Source: an uncultured Streptococcus sp.
GTDB taxonomy: Bacteria > Bacillota > Bacilli > Lactobacillales > Streptococcaceae
Assembly: GCA_963534275.1 (NCBI GenBank)
Contig: CAUSRF010000001.1
Span: 560 to 64,559, forward strand
Direction: 5' to 3'
DNA length: 64,000 nt
Shown piece after piece: positions 50,944 through 61,884 of this stretch (the stretch's first letter is position 1; each line of letters begins with the position of its first letter). Below the pieces are notes generated by a model. The model was not told where the DNA came from, made no database searches, and saw nothing but the letters and a program-made list of their open reading frames with translations. The position numbers and the translations under genes are program-made.

Positions 50944-51010
50944 GCTGTTCAGGTGCGGATATTGTTTTTTCAGAAATAATTCCCTTATTTCTTCCTTGTT
51001 TGGTTAAAAT
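50944..51010 (+). promoter_or_regulatory. Degenerate LytTR (ComE/BlpR-type) direct repeat and -10 of comAB
   Basis: GCTGTTCAG-N12-TTTTTTCAG, then TAAAAT 31 nt downstream. Confidence 0.5.
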
Positions 51011-51055
51011 AATCTTACAAAGTTTTAAGAGATTATTAGAAAAAAGGAGATGGAT

Positions 51056-53209
51056 ATGAAATTTGGGAAAAGGCACTATCGTCCCCAGGTGGATCAGATG
51101 GATTGTGGCGTGGCTTCCTTGGCCATGGTATTTGGCTACTATGGTAGTTATTACTCCTTGGCTCATCTACGAGAACTAGCTAAGACGACCATGGATGGGA
51201 CGACGGCTTTGGGCTTGGTCAAGGTGGCAGAGGAGATTGGTTTTGAGACGCGAGCAATTAAGGCGGATATGACGCTTTTTGACTTGCCAGATTTGACTTT
51301 TCCTTTTGTTGCCCATGTGCTTAAGGAAGGAAAATTGCTCCACTACTATGTGGTGACTGGGCAGGATAAGGATAGCATTCATATTGCAGATCCAGATCCT
51401 GGGGTGAAATTGACCAAACTGCCACGTGAGCGTTTTGCGGAAGAATGGACAGGAGTGACTCTTTTTATGGCACCTAGTCCAGACTACAAGCCTCATAAGG
51501 ATCAAAAGAATGGTCTGCTCTCTTTTATCCCTATATTAGTGAAGCAGCGTGGCTTGATTGCCAATATCGTTTTGGCAACACTCTTGGTAACCTTGATTAA
51601 TATTGTGGGTTCTTATTATCTGCAGTCTATCATTGATAGTTACGTACCAGACCAGATGCGTTCGACCTTGGGTATTATCTCTATTGGGTTGGTCATCGTC
51701 TATATTCTCCAGCAGATCTTGTCTTATGCCCAGGAGTATCTCCTACTGATCCTTGGGCAACGCTTGTCGATTGACGTGATTTTGTCCTATATCAAGCATG
51801 TTTTTCACCTGCCTATGTCCTTCTTTGCGACACGCAGGACAGGAGAAATCGTGTCTCGTTTTACAGATGCCAATAGTATCATCGATGCGCTGGCATCGAC
51901 CATTCTATCAATCTTTTTGGATGTGTCGACGATTTTGATTATTTCGCTTGTCTTGTTTTCACAAAATATGACACTCTTTTTCATTAGTCTGCTTGCACTT
52001 CCTATTTATACGGTGATTATCTTTGCCTTTATGAGGCCTTTTGAAAAGATGAATCGGGACACTATGGAAGCCAATGCAGTTCTGTCTTCTTCCATCATCG
52101 AGGACATCAACGGTATTGAGACCATTAAATCTTTGACTAGTGAAAGTTCACGCTATCAAAAGATTGATAAGGAATTTGTAGCTTATCTGAAAAAATCCTT
52201 TACCTATAGTCGGGCAGAAAGCCAGCAAAAGGCTCTGAAAAAAGTTGCCCAGCTCCTGCTTAATGTTGGTGTTCTCTGGATGGGAGCAGTTCTCGTCATG
52301 GATGGGAAAATGAGTTTGGGCCAGCTGATTACCTATAATACCTTGCTTGTTTACTTTACCAATCCTTTGGAAAATATCATCAATCTGCAAACCAAGCTTC
52401 AGACAGCGCAAGTCGCCAATAACCGTCTGAACGAGGTCTATCTGGTAGCTTCGGAGTTTGAGGAGAAGAAAACGGTCGAAGATTTGAGCATGATGAAGGG
52501 AGATATGACCTTTAAGCAGGTTCACTACAAGTATGGTTACGGTCGAGATGTTTTGTCGGATATTAATTTGACGATTCCGCAAGGTTCTAAAGTGGTTTTT
52601 GTGGGAATTTCAGGGTCAGGCAAGACAACTTTGGCCAAGATGATGGTTAATTTTTACGATCCAAGTCAGGGAGAGATTAGTCTGGGTGGTGTCAATCTCA
52701 ATCAGATTGATAAAAAAGCCTTGCGCCAGTATATCAACTATCTGCCTCAACAGCCCTATGTCTTTAACGGAACGATTTTGGAGAATCTTCTCCTTGGAGC
52801 TAAGGAAGGGACGACTCAGGAGGATATCTTACGGGCAGTTGAATTGGCCGAGATTCGGAAGGATATCGAGCAGATGCCACTGAATTACCAGACAGAATTG
52901 ACTTCGGATGGGGCTGGAATTTCTGGTGGGCAACGGCAGCGAATCGCTTTGGCGCGTGCTCTTTTAACGGATGCACCTGTTCTGATATTGGACGAGGCGA
53001 CCAGCAGTCTGGATATTTTGACAGAGAAGCGGATTGTGGATAATCTCATGGCTTTAGACAAGACCTTGATTTTCATTGCTCACCGCTTGACCATTGCTGA
53101 GCGGACAGAGAAGGTTGTTGTCTTGGATCAGGGCAAGATTGTCGAAGAAGGCACCCATGCAGACTTGCTTGCGCGAGGTGGATTTTACGCCCATTTGGTC
53201 AATAGCTAG
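51056..53209 (+). CDS. comA: Peptidase-containing ABC transporter ComA
   Basis: C39 QVDQMDCG, TM domain, GISGSGKT, ISGGQRQR; upstream of purC as in pneumococcus. Confidence 0.92.
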   Translation: MKFGKRHYRPQVDQMDCGVASLAMVFGYYGSYYSLAHLRELAKTTMDGTTALGLVKVAEEIGFETRAIKADMTLFDLPDLTFPFVAHVLKEGKLLHYYVVTGQDKDSIHIADPDPGVKLTKLPRERFAEEWTGVTLFMAPSPDYKPHKDQKNGLLSFIPILVKQRGLIANIVLATLLVTLINIVGSYYLQSIIDSYVPDQMRSTLGIISIGLVIVYILQQILSYAQEYLLLILGQRLSIDVILSYIKHVFHLPMSFFATRRTGEIVSRFTDANSIIDALASTILSIFLDVSTILIISLVLFSQNMTLFFISLLALPIYTVIIFAFMRPFEKMNRDTMEANAVLSSSIIEDINGIETIKSLTSESSRYQKIDKEFVAYLKKSFTYSRAESQQKALKKVAQLLLNVGVLWMGAVLVMDGKMSLGQLITYNTLLVYFTNPLENIINLQTKLQTAQVANNRLNEVYLVASEFEEKKTVEDLSMMKGDMTFKQVHYKYGYGRDVLSDINLTIPQGSKVVFVGISGSGKTTLAKMMVNFYDPSQGEISLGGVNLNQIDKKALRQYINYLPQQPYVFNGTILENLLLGAKEGTTQEDILRAVELAEIRKDIEQMPLNYQTELTSDGAGISGGQRQRIALARALLTDAPVLILDEATSSLDILTEKRIVDNLMALDKTLIFIAHRLTIAERTEKVVVLDQGKIVEEGTHADLLARGGFYAHLVNS

Positions 53210-53221
53210 AAAGAGGAGAAG

Positions 53222-54571
53222 ATGAAACCAGAATTTTTAGAAAGCGCGGAGTTTTACCATCGTCGTTACCATAATTTTTCCAGTCGCGTGATTTTACCCA
53301 TGACGCTTTTGCTCGTGTTTTTACTTGGCTTTGCAGTCTTTGCAGAGAAGGAGATTAGTTTGTCTACCAGAGCGACTGTCGAACCTAGTCGGATCATTGC
53401 CAACATCCAGTCGACTAGTAATCAACGCATTGTGGCTAATTATCTAGAAGAGAATAAACTAGTCAAGCAGGGGGATCTACTCGTTGAGTACCAGCAAGGG
53501 GCGGAAGCTGTTCAAGCTGAAACATACGCCAATCAGTTGGAGATGTTAAAGGATCAAAAAAAGCAGTTAGGTTATTTGCAATCCAGTTTGAAAGAGGGGA
53601 GTGATCAATTTCCAGAGGCGGATAAGTTTGGTTATCAGGAGATGTTTCGAGACTATCTCAGCCAAGCTAGTAGTCTTAGAAGTAATGTTTCTCAGCAAAA
53701 TGCCAGCATCTCCTCTCAAAATGCGGCAGCAAGTCAGAGTCAGGCCGAGATTGGCAATCTTATCAGCCAAACGCAGGATAAAATTCGAGATTACAAAACA
53801 GCTAAGTCGGCGATTGAAACAGGAGCTCAACTGGATAGTCAAAATGCAGCCTACTCATTTTATCAGACCTATAAAAACCAAGGTGGGGCAGATCTGCAAG
53901 CTAAATCGCAAGTTATTGCACAGGTGGATGCGCAAATCGCCCAGCTAGAGTCTAGTTTAGCTACTTATCGTGTGCAATATGCAGGTTCTGGAGCTCAACA
54001 AGCCTACGCAACGGGACTGGATAGTCAGCTTGAATCTCTCAAGTCTCAGCACCTAGTCAAAGTCGGTCAGGAATTAACCCTTTTGGATCAGAAAATTTTA
54101 GAAGCAGAGTCAGGAAAAAAAGTCCAAGGAGGTCTGCTGGACAAGGGGAAAATTACAGCAAGCGAAGATGGGGTGCTTCACCTTAATCCTGAGACCAGTG
54201 ATTCTACCATGGTTGCAGAAGGAACCTTGCTAGCCCAACTCTACCCAGCCTTGGGACGAGAAGGCAAAACTAAACTCACAGCTTATCTCAGTTCAAAAGA
54301 TGTTGCAGGGCTCAAAGTAGGTGATTCTGTTCGATTTACTACAAGCAAGGATGCCAATAAAGAGCTCGTTCTTGTTTCTGCGATTACGAATATTGATGCG
54401 ACAGCTACCAAGACTGAAAAGGGGAATTTCTTTAAGATAGAGGCGGAGACTGGTCTAACTTCTGAACAGGCAGAAAAACTTCGCTACGGTTCAGAAGGAC
54501 GTCTGACGCTAATCACAGGGAAGAAAAGTTATCTGAGATACTACTTAGATCAATTTTTAAACAGAGAATAA
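53222..54571 (+). CDS. comB: Accessory export protein ComB
   Basis: [20 protein letters not shown]; membrane-fusion architecture; hairpin 54602-54633. Confidence 0.92.
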   Translation: MKPEFLESAEFYHRRYHNFSSRVILPMTLLLVFLLGFAVFAEKEISLSTRATVEPSRIIANIQSTSNQRIVANYLEENKLVKQGDLLVEYQQGAEAVQAETYANQLEMLKDQKKQLGYLQSSLKEGSDQFPEADKFGYQEMFRDYLSQASSLRSNVSQQNASISSQNAAASQSQAEIGNLISQTQDKIRDYKTAKSAIETGAQLDSQNAAYSFYQTYKNQGGADLQAKSQVIAQVDAQIAQLESSLATYRVQYAGSGAQQAYATGLDSQLESLKSQHLVKVGQELTLLDQKILEAESGKKVQGGLLDKGKITASEDGVLHLNPETSDSTMVAEGTLLAQLYPALGREGKTKLTAYLSSKDVAGLKVGDSVRFTTSKDANKELVLVSAITNIDATATKTEKGNFFKIEAETGLTSEQAEKLRYGSEGRLTLITGKKSYLRYYLDQFLNRE

Positions 54572-54734
54572 TGTTCGCTTTTAATGCAATATTCTGCTTT
54601 TAAAACTGTAAAATGTTTTGATTTTACAGTTTTTCTTAATATTAAAAGAAGGAGTTTTGCCATCGTTCGCAAATTTTTGCTATTTTTCTTATTTTGTAGT
54701 AGAATGAAGTAAAGAAATACGAAAGGCGAACTTT
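54570..54734. promoter_or_regulatory. pur operon promoter with PurBox-like sites
   Basis: AATGTTCGCTTTT (54570), ATCGTTCGCAAAT (54662), AAAGGCGAACTTT (54722); TTGCTA-17-TAGAAT (54677-54705). Confidence 0.65.
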
Positions 54735-54737
54735 AAC

Positions 54738-55445
54738 ATGTCAAAAGAATTGATCTATTCGGGAAAAGCCAAGGATATCTATACAACTGAGGATGAAAAT
54801 CTTATTATTTCAACTTACAAGGACCAGGCGACTGCTTTCAATGGTGTCAAGAAGGAGCAGATTGCGGGCAAGGGAGTGTTGAATAATCAGATTTCATCTT
54901 TTATTTTTGAGAAATTAAACGCTGCTGGTGTGGCGACTCACTTTGTTGAGAAACTTTCAGACACGGAACAACTCAATAAAAAGGTTGAGATTATTCCTTT
55001 GGAAGTTGTGCTTCGCAACTATACAGCTGGTTCATTTTCAAAACGTTTTGGTGTGGAAGAGGGCATCGCTTTGGAAACTCCGATTGTCGAATTTTACTAT
55101 AAAAACGATGATTTGGATGATCCCTTTATCAATGACGAGCATGTGAAGTTCCTAAAGATTGCGGATGATCAGCAGATTGCTTACTTGAAGGAAGAAACGC
55201 GTCGTATCAATGAACTCTTGAAAGCCTGGTTTGCTGAGATTGGGCTTAAGTTGATTGACTTTAAGCTAGAGTTCGGTTTTGATAAGGATGGCAAGATTAT
55301 CTTGGCAGACGAATTTTCACCAGACAACTGCCGTTTGTGGGATGCGGATGGCAACCACATGGACAAGGATGTTTTCCGTAGAGGTCTAGGTGAATTAACC
55401 GACGTTTACGAGATTGTTTGGGAGAAATTGCAGGGTTTGAAATAA
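54738..55445 (+). CDS. purC: SAICAR synthetase
   Basis: [26 protein letters not shown]. Confidence 0.97.
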   Translation: MSKELIYSGKAKDIYTTEDENLIISTYKDQATAFNGVKKEQIAGKGVLNNQISSFIFEKLNAAGVATHFVEKLSDTEQLNKKVEIIPLEVVLRNYTAGSFSKRFGVEEGIALETPIVEFYYKNDDLDDPFINDEHVKFLKIADDQQIAYLKEETRRINELLKAWFAEIGLKLIDFKLEFGFDKDGKIILADEFSPDNCRLWDADGNHMDKDVFRRGLGELTDVYEIVWEKLQGLK

Positions 55446-55501
55446 CAACCTAAAGGTCGTTTGAGAACATTGCAAGAGCTGAAATAAAGGAATAGGAATT
55501 G

Positions 55502-58500
55502 ATGGATAAACGTATTTTTGTTGAAAAAAAGTCTGATTTTCAGGTCAAGTCAGAGAGTTTGGTGAGAGAACTCCAGCACAACTTGGGACTGTCAACTTTG
55601 AAAAGTATTCGCATTGTGCAAGTTTACGATGTCTTTGATTTGTCAGAGGATTTGTTTGCGCCCGCAGAGAAACACATCTTCTCTGAGCAGGTGACAGACC
55701 ATGTCTTGGATGAAGCGGCTGTGCAGGCTGATCTTGCCAATTATGCTTTTTTTGCTATTGAAAGCCTGCCGGGGCAGTTTGACCAGCGTGCAGCTTCTTC
55801 ACAGGAAGCCTTGCTCTTGCTTGGTAGTTCAAGTGATGTAACGGTCAACACAGCTCAACTTTACTTAGTTAATAAAGATATTGATGCGACTGAGCTAGAA
55901 GCGGTCAAGAACTACCTGCTCAATCCAGTGGATTCTCGTTTCAAGGATATCACGACAGGGATTGCCAAGCAGGAATTTTCAGAGTCAGACAAGACCATTC
56001 CAAAATTGACTTTCTTTGAAAGCTATAAAGCAGAAGACTTTGCCCGCTACAAGGCTGAGCAAGGGATGGCCATGGAAGTGGATGATTTGCTCTTTATCCA
56101 AGACTACTTCAAGTCAATCGGGCGCGTGCCAACAGAAACAGAACTCAAGGTTTTGGACACTTACTGGTCTGACCACTGCCGTCACACGACTTTTGAGACA
56201 GAGTTGAAAAATATTGACTTCTCAGCGTCTAAATTCCAAAAACAATTACAGGCAACCTATGACAAATATATCGCCATGCGTGAGGAGTTGGGGCGTTCTG
56301 AAAAACCGCAAACCTTGATGGATATGGCGACTATTTTTGGTCGTTATGAGCGTGCCAATGGTCGTTTGGATGACATGGAAGTGTCGGATGAGATCAATGC
56401 TTGTTCGGTTGAAATTGAAGTGGATGTGAATGGAGTGAAAGAGCCATGGCTTCTCATGTTTAAAAATGAAACCCACAACCACCCAACGGAAATTGAACCA
56501 TTTGGTGGAGCGGCTACTTGTATCGGTGGCGCTATTCGTGACCCTTTGTCAGGTCGTTCCTACGTTTACCAAGCTATGCGTATCTCAGGTGCTGGTGATA
56601 TTACAGCTCCGATTTCAGCGACTCGTGCTGGTAAACTGCCACAACAAGTGATTTCTAAAACAGCGGCTCATGGTTATTCTTCATACGGGAACCAAATCGG
56701 TCTTGCGACGACCTACGTTCGTGAGTACTTCCATCCAGGCTTTGTAGCCAAACGTATGGAGCTAGGTGCAGTTGTCGGTGCGGCTCCCAAGGGCAACGTT
56801 GTCCGTGAAAAACCAGAAGCGGGCGATGTCATTATCCTGCTCGGTGGCAAGACTGGACGTGATGGTGTCGGTGGTGCGACGGGTTCTTCTAAGGTTCAAA
56901 CAGTTGAGTCTGTGGAAACTGCTGGAGCTGAGGTTCAAAAAGGGAATGCCATCGAGGAACGCAAGATTCAGCGCCTCTTCCGTAATGGTGAGGTTACCCG
57001 CCTCATCAAGAAATCCAACGACTTTGGAGCGGGTGGTGTCTGTGTGGCCATCGGTGAATTGGCTGATGGTCTTGAAATCGACCTCAACAAAGTGCCTCTT
57101 AAATATCAAGGTTTGAATGGTACAGAAATTGCCATCTCTGAATCTCAAGAACGGATGGCAGTCGTGGTTCGTCCTGAGGATGTAGATGCCTTCGTTGCGG
57201 AATGTAACAAAGAAAATATTGATGCTGTTGTGGTTGCGACAGTGACTGAAAAACCAAATCTAGTTATGCACTGGAATGGTGAAACCATTGTCGACTTGGA
57301 ACGCCGTTTCCTTGATACCAACGGTGTGCGTGTCGTTGTCGATGCTAAGGTAGTGGACAAGGATGTCAAACTTCCAGAAGAGCGCAAGACGAGCGTTGAA
57401 ACCCTTGAAGCAGATACTCTTGCGGTTCTATCTGACCTCAACCATACGAGTCAAAAAGGTTTGCAAACCATCTTTGACTGTTCGGTCGGTCGTTCTACGG
57501 TCAATCACCCACTTGGTGGTCGCTACCAACTCACACCAACTGAGGCATCTGTGCAGAAATTACCAGTTCAACACGGTGTGACTCATACTGCGTCTGTCAT
57601 GGCTCAAGGATTTAACCCTTATGTAGCTGAATGGTCTCCATATCACGGAGCTGCTTATGCGGTTATTGAAGCAACCGCTCGTTTGGTCGCTGCTGGTGCC
57701 AACTGGTCTAAGGCTTGCTTCTCTTATCAAGAATACTTCGAGCGGATGGACAAGCAAGCTGAGCGTTTTGGTCAGCCAGTAGCAGCTCTTCTAGGCTCTA
57801 TCGAGGCACAAATCCAACTTGGTTTGCCATCTATCGGTGGGAAAGACTCTATGTCTGGTACCTTTGAAGAATTGACCGTGCCACCCACCTTGGTTGCCTT
57901 TGGGGTGACAACCGCAGACAGCCGTAAGGTCCTTTCTCCTGAATTTAAGACTGCTGGTGAAAATATCTACTACATCCCAGGTCAAGCTCTTTCTGCTGAT
58001 ATCGACTTTGACTTGATTAAGAAGAACTTTGAAACGTTTGAAGGTATCCAAAAGGCTCACAAAGTGACATCTGCATCAGCTGTTAAATACGGTGGTGTTC
58101 TTGAAAGCTTGGCTCTTGCTACTTTTGGAAATCATATCGGTGCAGAGGTGACCTTGCCTGAACTTGAAACAACCTTGACAGCTCAATTAGGCGGATTTGT
58201 CTTCACATCTCCTCAAGAAATCGCTGGAGTAGAGAAAATTGGACAAACAAAAGCAGACTTTACACTCCTTGTCAACGGTGTGAAGCTAGATGGACAGGAA
58301 CTTGACAGTGCCTTCCAAGGGACATTGGAAGCAGTCTATCCTACTGAATTTGCCCAAGCGAAAGAACTGGAAGAAGTACCTGCTGTGGCATCAGATGCTG
58401 TGATTAAAGCCAAAGAAACAGTTGAAACACCTATAGTTTACATCCCAGTCTTCCCAGGAACCAACTCAGAATATGATTCAGCCAAGGCCTTTGAGAAAGA

Positions 58501-59227
58501 AGGTGCAGAGGTTAACTTGGTGCCATTCGTGACACTTAATGAAGAAGCCATTGTCAAGTCAGTTGAAACCATGGTTGACAATATTGGCAAGGCTAACATC
58601 CTCTTTTTTGCAGGTGGATTCTCAGCTGCGGATGAGCCAGATGGATCAGCTAAGTTTATCGTCAACATCCTTCTCAATGAAAAAGTGCGTGCAGCTATTG
58701 ATAGCTTTATCGCTCGTGGTGGCTTGATTATCGGTATCTGTAATGGATTCCAAGCCCTGGTCAAATCAGGCCTTCTTCCATACGGGAACTTTGAAGATGC
58801 CAGCAGCACTAGTCCAACCCTCTTCTACAATGATGCCAACCAACACGTGGCTAAGATGGTGGAAACCCGTATTGCCAATACCAACTCACCATGGCTTGCT
58901 GGTGTGAAAGTTGGTGATATCCATGCCATCCCAGTATCGCACGGTGAAGGGAAGTTTGTCGTGACGGCTGAGGAATTTGCGGAACTCCGTGACAATGGCC
59001 AAATTTTCAGCCAATACGTGGATTTCGAAGGCAAACCTAGCATGGATTCTAAGTACAATCCGAATGGTTCTGTAAATGCTATCGAAGGAATTACCAGCAA
59101 GAATGGTCAAATCATCGGTAAAATGGGACACTCAGAACGTTATGAAGACGGTCTTTTCCAAAATATTCCAGGAAACAAAGACCAGCACCTGTTTGCGTCG
59201 GCGGTTAAATATTTTACTGGGAAATAA
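55502..59227 (+). CDS. purL: FGAM synthase (large fused type)
   Basis: YWSDHCRH, ETHNHP, DFGAGG, GICNGFQ, MGHSER. Confidence 0.97.
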   Translation: MDKRIFVEKKSDFQVKSESLVRELQHNLGLSTLKSIRIVQVYDVFDLSEDLFAPAEKHIFSEQVTDHVLDEAAVQADLANYAFFAIESLPGQFDQRAASSQEALLLLGSSSDVTVNTAQLYLVNKDIDATELEAVKNYLLNPVDSRFKDITTGIAKQEFSESDKTIPKLTFFESYKAEDFARYKAEQGMAMEVDDLLFIQDYFKSIGRVPTETELKVLDTYWSDHCRHTTFETELKNIDFSASKFQKQLQATYDKYIAMREELGRSEKPQTLMDMATIFGRYERANGRLDDMEVSDEINACSVEIEVDVNGVKEPWLLMFKNETHNHPTEIEPFGGAATCIGGAIRDPLSGRSYVYQAMRISGAGDITAPISATRAGKLPQQVISKTAAHGYSSYGNQIGLATTYVREYFHPGFVAKRMELGAVVGAAPKGNVVREKPEAGDVIILLGGKTGRDGVGGATGSSKVQTVESVETAGAEVQKGNAIEERKIQRLFRNGEVTRLIKKSNDFGAGGVCVAIGELADGLEIDLNKVPLKYQGLNGTEIAISESQERMAVVVRPEDVDAFVAECNKENIDAVVVATVTEKPNLVMHWNGETIVDLERRFLDTNGVRVVVDAKVVDKDVKLPEERKTSVETLEADTLAVLSDLNHTSQKGLQTIFDCSVGRSTVNHPLGGRYQLTPTEASVQKLPVQHGVTHTASVMAQGFNPYVAEWSPYHGAAYAVIEATARLVAAGANWSKACFSYQEYFERMDKQAERFGQPVAALLGSIEAQIQLGLPSIGGKDSMSGTFEELTVPPTLVAFGVTTADSRKVLSPEFKTAGENIYYIPGQALSADIDFDLIKKNFETFEGIQKAHKVTSASAVKYGGVLESLALATFGNHIGAEVTLPELETTLTAQLGGFVFTSPQEIAGVEKIGQTKADFTLLVNGVKLDGQELDSAFQGTLEAVYPTEFAQAKELEEVPAVASDAVIKAKETVETPIVYIPVFPGTNSEYDSAKAFEKEGAEVNLVPFVTLNEEAIVKSVETMVDNIGKANILFFAGGFSAADEPDGSAKFIVNILLNEKVRAAIDSFIARGGLIIGICNGFQALVKSGLLPYGNFEDASSTSPTLFYNDANQHVAKMVETRIANTNSPWLAGVKVGDIHAIPVSHGEGKFVVTAEEFAELRDNGQIFSQYVDFEGKPSMDSKYNPNGSVNAIEGITSKNGQIIGKMGHSERYEDGLFQNIPGNKDQHLFASAVKYFTGK

Positions 59228-59280
59228 GACTATAGATGACTGAGATGATTGGTGTGTTTTGAGAAGAAAAATGAAAGTTT

Positions 59281-60384
59281 GTGAAATATTTGAATAAATT
59301 AATTGATATACCTGATGTTGAAAAAAAGATTCAATTGAAAAAATCGTTATCTAGAGAGAAGAGAGTAATGAAGGAGAACTTAAAGCCAAGAAAGTGTTTG
59401 CTTTGTGATAGAGATACTACAATTTTTTGCAACTCTCACACCATTCCACAGTTATCGTTAAAAAATATTTCTGATTCTGGCAAGTTGACTCAAGCTGGTT
59501 ATTTAATAGGGAGCGATCTGTCAGATAAGGATACGGGAGTGAGCAATTCGGGAACGATACAAATTATTTGTCGTAAATGTGATTCTTTCTATTTTCAGGA
59601 ATATGAAAATGAAATGAATCTTAAGTCTTATCCTAGCGATAAAATGTTGTCACAAATTGCATTGAAAAATTTCCTTTTAGAACTAGTTAGAAGGAGGGAG
59701 GAAAAATATCATTTTAAAAAATCAATGTCTGATAATACAATCAAGAAGGCTTTATACTTAAGAATACCTGAGATTTCTAATAAAACGTTAGAGAATACAT
59801 CTCAAAAAATAAAAGATCTTCATAATTCTTTTGATTATGATATTGAAGATTTTCAAAACGAAATTTTACTCCATAAAACTGCTATTGAAAACAATCTTAA
59901 AGGAGCATATCAAATTATTTTTCATGAGTTGCTCCCCTATAAGACACCGATAGCGTTTCAAGGCTCATTAACGTTGATTAGAGATATGTATGAATATCCA
60001 GTGAATGATACGAGTAACCATTCAAAAAAAAATCGTATTCAGAAGTTGCATCTGGCTATTTTACCATTAAAAGAAAAGACGATGGTGCTCGCTTTTTATC
60101 ATAAAAGGGATTGGAAATATAGATCTCTAAAAAGTCAGTTTAACAGTAGTAATCGATTGAAGAAACTGAATTTTCTTAATTATTTAATATTTGCTTACAC
60201 TGAAAACTATTACTTTAGCCCGACAATTAAAGAAAAAATTAGAACAAATGAGAAGCTTGTGCTACTTAGTCAAGAACTTTTCGGTAAACCTAATTTGGGT
60301 CAGTATGTAGGTGTTGATAGTTATAAGAGAGTCGAGCCAGATGAAATTCCTAATTTTCTTTTAGAAGAGTGGGCTATAATGTAA
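59281..60384 (+). CDS. AT-rich inserted gene with HNH-like Zn motif
   Basis: CLLC..NSHTIP..ICRKCD; visibly more AT-rich than flanking pur genes. Confidence 0.7.
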   Translation: MKYLNKLIDIPDVEKKIQLKKSLSREKRVMKENLKPRKCLLCDRDTTIFCNSHTIPQLSLKNISDSGKLTQAGYLIGSDLSDKDTGVSNSGTIQIICRKCDSFYFQEYENEMNLKSYPSDKMLSQIALKNFLLELVRRREEKYHFKKSMSDNTIKKALYLRIPEISNKTLENTSQKIKDLHNSFDYDIEDFQNEILLHKTAIENNLKGAYQIIFHELLPYKTPIAFQGSLTLIRDMYEYPVNDTSNHSKKNRIQKLHLAILPLKEKTMVLAFYHKRDWKYRSLKSQFNSSNRLKKLNFLNYLIFAYTENYYFSPTIKEKIRTNEKLVLLSQELFGKPNLGQYVGVDSYKRVEPDEIPNFLLEEWAIM

Positions 60385-60402
60385 AAATAAAAGGTATATA
60401 AA

Positions 60403-61845
60403 ATGACATACGAAGTAAAATCTCTTAATGAAGAATGTGGTGTTTTCGGTATCTGGGGACATCCAGATGCTGCTAAATTGACCTATTTTGGTCTCCACAG
60501 TCTTCAGCACCGTGGTCAGGAGGGGGCAGGAATCCTCTCCAATGATCAGGGGCAATTGAAGCGTCATCGTGATATGGGGCTTTTATCAGAAGTGTTCAGA
60601 AATCCAGCTAATTTGGATAAACTGACTGGAACGAGCGCGATTGGGCATGTTCGTTATGCGACTGCTGGCGAAGCTTCTGTAGATAATATCCAGCCCTTCC
60701 TCTTCCGCTTTCATGATATGCAGTTTGGACTTGCTCACAACGGAAACTTGACCAATGCCGAATCGCTCAAGAAAGAATTGGAACAAAGAGGAGCTATTTT
60801 CAGTTCAACTTCGGACTCGGAAATCTTGGCTCACCTCATTCGTCGGAGTCACAATCCGAACTTGATGGGCAAAATCAAGGAGGCGCTCAGCCTTGTCAAA
60901 GGTGGCTTTGCTTATATCTTGCTATTTGAGGACAAGTTGATTGCTGCGCTTGATCCTAATGGTTTCCGTCCGCTTTCTATCGGAAAAATGGCAAACGGAG
61001 CGGTGGTGGTTTCGTCTGAAACCTGTGCCTTTGAAGTCATCGGCGCTGAGTGGATTCGCGATGTGAAACCAGGCGAGATTGTCATTATTGATGACAATGG
61101 CATCCAGTATGATAGCTATACGAATGATACTCAGCTCGCGATTTGCTCTATGGAGTATATCTACTTTGCCCGCCCTGACTCCAATATCCATGGAGTCAAT
61201 GTCCATACGGCACGGAAACGTATGGGTGCCCAATTAGCGCGTGAATTTAAGCATGAGGCAGATATCGTGGTCGGTGTGCCAAACTCGTCACTCAGCGCAG
61301 CTATGGGCTTTGCGGAAGAATCAGGACTCCCAAACGAAATGGGTCTTATAAAAAACCAATACACCCAACGCACCTTTATCCAACCAACTCAAGAATTGCG
61401 GGAGCAAGGTGTGCGGATGAAGCTATCAGCTGTTTCGGGCGTTGTCAAAGGCAAACGTGTGGTGATGATTGATGATTCTATTGTCCGCGGGACAACCTCT
61501 CGCCGTATCGTTCAGCTTTTGAAAGAAGCAGGTGCGGCTGAGGTTCACGTTGCGATTGGAAGTCCTGCACTAGCTTATCCATGTTTCTACGGAATCGATA
61601 TCCAGACCCGTCAGGAACTGATTGCTGCCAATCATACGGTTGAAGAAACCTGCCAAATCATTGGTGCGGATAGCCTGACCTATCTTTCAATTGATGGCTT
61701 GATTAACTCTATCGGGATTGAAACAGATGCGCCGAATGGTGGTCTCTGTGTCGCTTACTTTGACGGAGATTACCCAACTCCTCTCTATGATTATGAAGAA
61801 GAATACCGTAGAAGTTTAGGTGACAAGACCAGTTTCTATAAATAG
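60403..61845 (+). CDS. purF: Amidophosphoribosyltransferase
   Basis: EECGVFG, LQHRGQE, DDSIVRGTTS. Confidence 0.97.
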   Translation: MTYEVKSLNEECGVFGIWGHPDAAKLTYFGLHSLQHRGQEGAGILSNDQGQLKRHRDMGLLSEVFRNPANLDKLTGTSAIGHVRYATAGEASVDNIQPFLFRFHDMQFGLAHNGNLTNAESLKKELEQRGAIFSSTSDSEILAHLIRRSHNPNLMGKIKEALSLVKGGFAYILLFEDKLIAALDPNGFRPLSIGKMANGAVVVSSETCAFEVIGAEWIRDVKPGEIVIIDDNGIQYDSYTNDTQLAICSMEYIYFARPDSNIHGVNVHTARKRMGAQLAREFKHEADIVVGVPNSSLSAAMGFAEESGLPNEMGLIKNQYTQRTFIQPTQELREQGVRMKLSAVSGVVKGKRVVMIDDSIVRGTTSRRIVQLLKEAGAAEVHVAIGSPALAYPCFYGIDIQTRQELIAANHTVEETCQIIGADSLTYLSIDGLINSIGIETDAPNGGLCVAYFDGDYPTPLYDYEEEYRRSLGDKTSFYK

Positions 61846-61884
61846 GCGGAAGACGATTCTCCATTAAAGAAAAGGAATATAAAA

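Noticed and set aside
51056..54571. blpAB identity for the transporter pair
   Set aside because: N-termini and position upstream of purC match comAB; no blpC/H/R adjacent
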